A stretch of DNA of 64,000 nucleotides from contig OX597823.1 in assembly GCA_951406725.2 (NCBI GenBank), positions 95,294,001 through 95,358,000 of the forward strand, given 5' to 3'. A program made the position numbers and the translations under genes. Source of the DNA: Octopus vulgaris. Lineage: Eukaryota. Each line of letters opens with the position of its first letter. Within the stretch, counting starts at the first letter, position 1. Positions 57,155 through 64,000 of this stretch are shown here, one piece after another. A model generated the notes under the pieces. The model did not search any database, was not told the DNA's origin, and was given only the letters and a program-made list of their open reading frames with translations.

Positions 57155-57594
57155 AGTTGTATACTGTCAATTTAATGTGACCGCCCCATGAAGGGAATCA
57201 CACTACTGCTACTTAGCCCTAGGAAGCAGCAACGCTTCCTGTCGGCTTTGACACATTTCCTATGTCTTTATGTTTACAAAGGGGAGATAAGCACCTCCAC
57301 CCAGCTAAGCCTGCAGCAAGAGACTAGTTTCTGAGTCCTTGCTCATCATCAGTCTGGAGTAGCATGGCCTGCTTGTTGGAGATGCCTATCTAGCTCTTGT
57401 AAATATAAGAATTCAAGTGAAATAAATTCACTGATTACAAAAATAGAAATAATACATTTCTCTTTATCTCATAAGGACACAGGAAACGTGTTAAGGCCGA
57501 CAGGAAGCGTTGCTGCGTCCTAGGGCTGAATAGCAGTTGTATGATTCCATTCATGGGACTGTTACCCTAAGTTGACAGTATGCAACTACTTTAT
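57149..57594. mobile_element. Short non-coding element with about 120 bp diverged inverted ends and a central hammerhead
   Basis: 57149-57272 is the approximate reverse complement of 57470-57594. The element is flanked by (TA)n. Confidence 0.8.
57317..57357 (-). ncRNA. Minimal type I hammerhead ribozyme, canonical core
   Basis: ccaga CTGATGA tgag-caagga-ctca GAAA ctag TC tcttg. Confidence 0.78.
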
Positions 57595-57636
57595 CGTATT
57601 ACTACTGCATAAATCTCTCTAAGATATTTAGAAATG

Positions 57637-57702
<66 letters not shown>

Positions 57703-57821
57703 TATACATACAAAATTTAATTTAATTCTGTATGTAAAAATTATTTTTAATCTTCGGATTTTTTAAAAATATGCTAGGCCACTGGTTTTAATTGATTAAT
57801 ATCAATTTCTACCCGTATTCA

Positions 57822-57864
<43 letters not shown>

Positions 57865-57869
<5 letters not shown>

Positions 57870-58380
57870 AGTTAAGTTAATTTTGGGGCTCAAAAAGCAA
57901 AAAGCAAGGCCATGTAGGGAGACATGGAGTTATGTACAGGGGTGTTCAGGCAAAGAGTTCAGGCCATTTCTGGTCAAGAGAGACCTTGAACCGAGCGGTC
58001 GTCGGCATCTTCACTATCTCGTCCGGCAGCTTATTCCACGGATCCGCAACCCTGACGGAGAAAGCCCTTCTCCTTCGATTGAGATGAAATCGTCGCAGAT
58101 AGAGCTTTTCGGAGTGACTTCGCAGCCGAAGCTCTGGGGCAGGAGTGAAGAACAGCTCTTTCGAGAGGTTACACTTTCCGCTTATGATGTTGTGAGCAAG
58201 AATGAGATCACCACGGCGTCGTCGTTTTTCTAGAGAATAAGGACCGAGCGTCTTCGGCCTTTCTTCATAAGACAAATGCTTGAGACCAAGAACCATGCGG
58301 GTAGCTAGCTTCTGGACTCTTTCGGGATGATGTATGTCTTTGAGGAGATAAGGAGAAGAGGCTTGAATTCCGAACTCCAA
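57865..58380 (-). mobile_element. CR1-group LINE 3' end with (TAACT)n tail
   Basis: ERVQKLATRMV, LSYEER, SLEKRRRRGDLI, FSVRVADPWNKLP. Confidence 0.88.
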
Positions 58381-59638
58381 CACACATACATACATGCAAG
58401 TGTGTATCTATGTTTGCATTTATCCCCACCATTGCTTGACAATAAATATTGGTTTGTTTATATCCATGCAACTCAGCAGTTCGGCAAAAAAGACTGATAC
58501 AATAAGTATATTATCATTATCATAATGTAACGTCTGGTCTCCATGCCGGCATGATTCGGATGGTTTGATACGGAGCTGTCTGGATTCCAAATGTCGGTTG
58601 TGGTATGGTTTCTACGGCTAGATGCCCCCAAATAATAAGCACTGGACTCGATTAATTCGATGAAATTCTTCAAGGTAGTGCCCCAGCATGGCCACCTTTT
58701 AGTGACTGAAACAAGTAAAAGATAAAAGATTAGTCTACAGAAATACTGTGTCTTCTTTCTGCTTCCGTTTTTAATACTACAATGTTTTCCATTTTGATTC
58801 GCTAACTGTATAATCCCTATTCCGGTTATTGAGCCAAAACATATCCAAGTCGGGCACCAACTGCATCACTTTTATCCATTTGGGAGATGGCATGCAACGA
58901 AAATGGACAACTTGCATTCTTCGCTGATAAATATATTTCGAAAATAAATCGTTTTTAATACCAACTTGCTGCCGACCAAAGCTGGTCCTATGAAACAAAC
59001 TTTCTGTTTTACGGTGATAATCAAAATTGCACATCAGATTTAGGTTCCAAGCAGCAGCTTAATAACAGTTTCAAATTTTGGCACAAGGCCAGCAGTTTCG
59101 AGGGAGTTGGGGTAGGTCAACTGCATCAACCCCAATATCTAACTGGTACTTATTTTATCGATCCCGAAAGGATGACAGGCAATGTTGACCTCAGTGGAAT
59201 TCCAACTCAGAATGTAAAGACGGACGAGATTCTGCCAAGAATTTGTTCCAGTCTGTTAATGATTCTGCCATCTCACCATCGGAAGTAGCAGCTTAATAAT
59301 GACAAAGTTATTCCACTAAATTCTTCGTTATTTCAAAATTAATTAGAACAAAGGCTGTGTATTTCAGAAATGTGGTAAGAAATGGCTTAGTTATTTTACT
59401 AAATTCTTTGAAACAAATACAGTGGATTTCATCCCAAATACGGTAACAAATATGTTTATAGCCATTGTGCCTGGTTTGATGGATAATATTTTCTTATTCG
59501 TATGTTGTTATGTAAATCCATAGAAAGATAAGCCTAGCTCTGTCTCTTTACTAATTGTGCTGGTTCCATGATGGATGGACTAACAAAAGGGGCGAACAAC
59601 AAAACAAATAGCAAGTCTGAAAGTATCTAAATACTTAC

Positions 59639-59820
59639 AAAGTTGAGAGTATAAGGTGCCAAAGCGCCGCCAACACGTGCACAGATGGCCAAAGACCCCA
59701 ATGCACCGTTTCTTATACAAGTTGGATATAATTCCAAAGAGTATAAAATCACGATTCCAAAAGCTGAAGTGATAAACAAACGGCCTAATATCGAACTGGC
59801 AGTTAACATCCATCGATGGG
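59639..59820 (-). CDS. SLC22: SLC22-like transporter gene A, penultimate coding exon (182 nt, TM10-11)
   Basis: ctttttcAG|CC CAT CGA TGG ... AAC TTT|GTAAGT. It encodes HRWMLTASSILGRLFITSAFGIVILYSLELYPTCIRNGALGSLAICARVGGALAPYTLNF, with the ELYPT..R motif. Confidence 0.92.
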
Positions 59821-59949
59821 CTGAAAAAGAAAAAGATAAAAGACAGAAGTCTTTAGTAAAAGAGAGAAAAAACCCTTTTCGGTATTTCACAGGCATGTGA
59901 ACCCTTAATATAATTCTTTGAATGGCTAACTAATCTGTACATAATTTCA

Positions 59950-60520
59950 ATAATCCATTCCCTGGTTTCTCTAAAAGAGTTTGGATAAAATAATGGAAAC
60001 ACCGGATTAAATGGAAATTTTATTATTTAATATGGAATTGGTCCATGTTTGGCATTAATCACAGATTTAATATGTTGAGGAATTGACTTGTACAAGTCCT
60101 GGATGGTTGTTAAGAGAATTTTGATCAATTCTTCAAATAAAACCTTCTTTAGATCTTTCCACAACAATGGTTGAAGGGAACAGCTTCTCACTTGTTACAC
60201 CAAAATGCATCATAAACGTTCAGTTATGTTTGGGTGGAATGATTGTAGGGGTGGTCTACTTTATTTTTGTGCTCTTCTTACCAATTCTGAATAACAGTCT
60301 TTTGAATTGTCACATTATTGCCCTGGAAGATTGTGCTCCCACCAGGGAACAATATTTACACCACTGGATGGATATGACCAGCTAAAATACTCCGATAATC
60401 CTAGGCTTTAAATCTGCCATGTGGTGCCAAGAGAATTTCATATTTTGGCTACCTAAATAATCACAGAGCCACTTTCATTCTTCACAACTGGGACTAAGCA
60501 GTCAGTGTTGAAGGCTTCTT
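59950..60520 (-). mobile_element. Possible ancient Tc1-like relic
   Basis: Only a weak IFQGNNV (FQQDNA-like) remnant on the minus strand. Confidence 0.3.
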
Positions 60521-61749
60521 TGCGCTGTCTCTAGATATAAACTTACCCCAAATTTATAAAATAGAGTGAATGAGGATTCACCAGAGAAGATGACATTATT
60601 CTTTGCGTGTGTGTATGTGTGTGACTCTCTCTTCCCCTTTCTTCACTTTTTAATTTGCTCTCCCTTCCCCTCACCTCAGCTTCCTATAAAACTCCTGTTT
60701 ATTAAATCTATTTAAACGCTTCAGCCAAATGTAAGTTTTGTATTATTCACTTTTCTGTCTGAAGAATTTCTAATAGGAAATCTCTGACATGTTTATCAAA
60801 CATGTAAAACTTTGTAATTCCTACTCACAAACGAAATGTGTGTAATGGGGAATAAATAATACCAAAAAATGTTCCAACTTCCTGGTTTGTTATAATATAA
60901 CTCTGCAAACAATATTTCCAGAATTTCCAACTCTCATTTGTACCTCGCATCAATACAACAACAATAACATACTGGATTGTAATAATGGAATAAGCAGATG
61001 CGATTCAAGAAGAAACAGCTGCGATTTACCCTACCTACCTACATAATGTGTGTGCGTGTGTATGTATATATTTATTTATATATGCTTTGTTTCTATCTGT
61101 TTTCTTTCTTTATATAACCCTAACACTGAATGACCTGAATCAGGGGTGGATTATATAGGAATGACGCTCTTTTCCCTATCTGTATGACTAATAAGGTTAA
61201 TCTAGAAAGGTCCCTGAAAAAAACTTCTTCAATTCTTTAAGCATCTCGGTCTTCTCTATCGCGAGAGAAAATCATCATACTAAGGTTAACTTCTTTTATG
61301 TTACTGTGGATGTCAGTACTGAACTACACCAACCGTTTCATAGACCGAATGTGTGCTTCAGGTAAGTGAGTAACACTTCTAATCATTCTAGGAGAATCAT
61401 AGACTCTATTGTTAAAAATATATCAAATCGTATTTCAAGGCTTTCTGCTAATGAGGACGGATCTGCACAAAATCAAAATTACTATAACCACGCATTATCC
61501 GAAGTTTGGTATAAGGACAAAATTTGTTATATCCAGAATTAGTTTACTAATAAAGTTCCTGGAAATGATAGAATATTAAATATGATGGAACTTTGTAGCG
61601 ACTGTACAAAAAATAAAAGAGACAAGTAGAACGAGCAATCTTATTTAATTAAGCTAAATAATAGCAAAAATAATGAATTGAAGATCAACATATGATTAAC
61701 AAGCATAGATTCAACCCCATAGATACTAAATAAATGGTTGGTATAAACA

Positions 61750-62349
<600 letters not shown>

Positions 62350-62359
62350 GAACAAGCAC

Positions 62360-64000
62360 CTTTAACAGCATACTAGCAGAGCCAGAGACAATGCCTGAAT
62401 GGCTCACGAAGGGGAAAACCATCTTAATTCCCAAATCAAATGAAACAACAAAACCAGAAAACTACAGACCAATAACCTGCCTCCCTACTATGTCCAAGGC
62501 ATTTACTGCAGTGATATCGCAAAGGCTGAACAAGCACCTGGACGAAAAGAAACTGTTCCCAGAAGAGCAGAAAGGATGCCGCAAGGGCTCATATGGCTGT
62601 AAAGATCAACTAATGATTAATAAAGCCGTAACTGAAGACAGCCACAGAAAGAAGAAAGGCCTCAGTATGGCCTGGATTGACTACAAAAAGGCGTTTGATA
62701 GCATCCCCCACACATGGATCCTCGAAACACTAGCCATTAACAAAGTAGCACCAACAATCATAAAATTCATAGAGCACTCTATGAATAAATGGCAAACAGT
62801 CCTACACCTCCAAACAAAAGAGGGACTCATGAAAACCAAAGACATCCCCATTAGAAGAGGAATATTCCAGGGAGACACGCTCTCTCCACTCCTTTTCTGC
62901 TTGGCACTGTCACTTCTATCTGATATGCTAAATAGAACTGGATACGGATATAAATGTTACGGCAAAACGATCAGCCACCTTTTATATATGGATGACCTAA
63001 AACTATACGCTGCAAATGACAAACAGCTGGAAACACTATTAAAGACAGTCCATGGATTTACCAAAGAAATAGATATGAAAATTGGATTAGAAAAATGCGC
63101 CAAAGTAACCATGAAAAGAGGAAAACTAGTTAAGAGTAACAACATCACACTAGATAAAACCAATGAAATAAAAGAATTAGACCAAAGCCAAACTTACAAA
63201 TACTTAGGAATCCATGAACTAGATAAGACACAACACACACAAATGAAAGAGAAAATAAAAAAAGAATATTATAGACGAGTTAGATCAATACTAAAAACAG
63301 AGCTCAATGCTAAAAACAAGATAATAGGTATCAACACTTTAGCTGTCCCAGTTATAAGTTACAGCTACAATATCCTTAACTGGACACGAAATGAACTGTC
63401 CAAAATAGATAGGAAAACAAGAAAAATACTGACAGGATCTAGGATGCATCACCCAAAATCTGACATAGAAAGACTATATATACAACGTATAGAAGGTGGT
63501 AGAGGCCTTATACAGCTGGAAAACTACTATAAAATAACCACCATAGGACTGCAAAAATACCTACTTCAGAAGGAAGGAAAACTGATCCAGATAGCAACAA
63601 AACACGAGCAAAACAAAAAACTGTTCTCAGTATTTAAGGAAGCTGACAAATACAAACAAGAAATCATACCACCTAATAAATACAAAGAAGAAGAAGAAGA
63701 TGATGAAGAAACAACAAAAGCTATAAAACAAATGAAATCCAAACTAAAAATAGAACAGCAACGAGCAATGATAAAACGATGGCAAGAAAAGCCCCTTCAT
63801 GGTAAATACTGCACTAAACTAAACGCAAAAGAAATAGACAAAGAAAAATCCCAGCAATGGTTGAGAAGCTCAGGACTCAAAGCAGAAACAGAGGGATTTT
63901 TAATTGCAGCACAAGACCAAAGCCTCCCCACCAGAAATTACCAAAAACATGTAATGAAAAGAAATATTACAAGTAACTTCAGAATATGTGGAGATGGACA
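62360..64000 (+). mobile_element. Second R4/Dong-type LINE copy, 5'-truncated, running off the window
   Basis: Almost identical to the reverse complement of about 41466-43107. It is preceded by (TAA)n. Confidence 0.9.

Overview
AT-rich, microsatellite-saturated animal genomic DNA. The repeat landscape suggests a cephalopod such as Octopus, but that is inference only. Host genes: two tandem minus-strand SLC22 (organic cation transporter-like, MFS) genes with small exons and large introns. Gene A contributes its last two coding exons (59639-59820, 47124-47291). Gene B contributes its first four (28554-28696, 16077-16299, 11850-11953, 8830-8984), with consistent splice phases. The rest is mostly transposable elements: Penelope-like (Neptune-type) retroelements including a near full-length two-ORF copy, two near-identical R4/Dong-type LINEs in (TAA)n tracts, CR1 and RTE LINE fragments, a Ty3/Gypsy 5' fragment, three ORF1-only L1/Tx1-like elements, mariner relics, tRNA-derived SINEs and foldback elements. 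The most notable signals are (i) about 17 hammerhead-ribozyme-like motifs, some with compensatory U3-A8 cores and some in short non-coding palindromic elements; (ii) a U UUU UUA -1 frameshift site that joins the Penelope-like ORF1 to the RT-GIY-YIG ORF; and (iii) a 4.2 kb inverted-repeat-bounded pair of ORF1-only elements. Most short ORFs in the track are microsatellite or antisense artefacts. Element boundaries were read by eye and are approximate unless stated.
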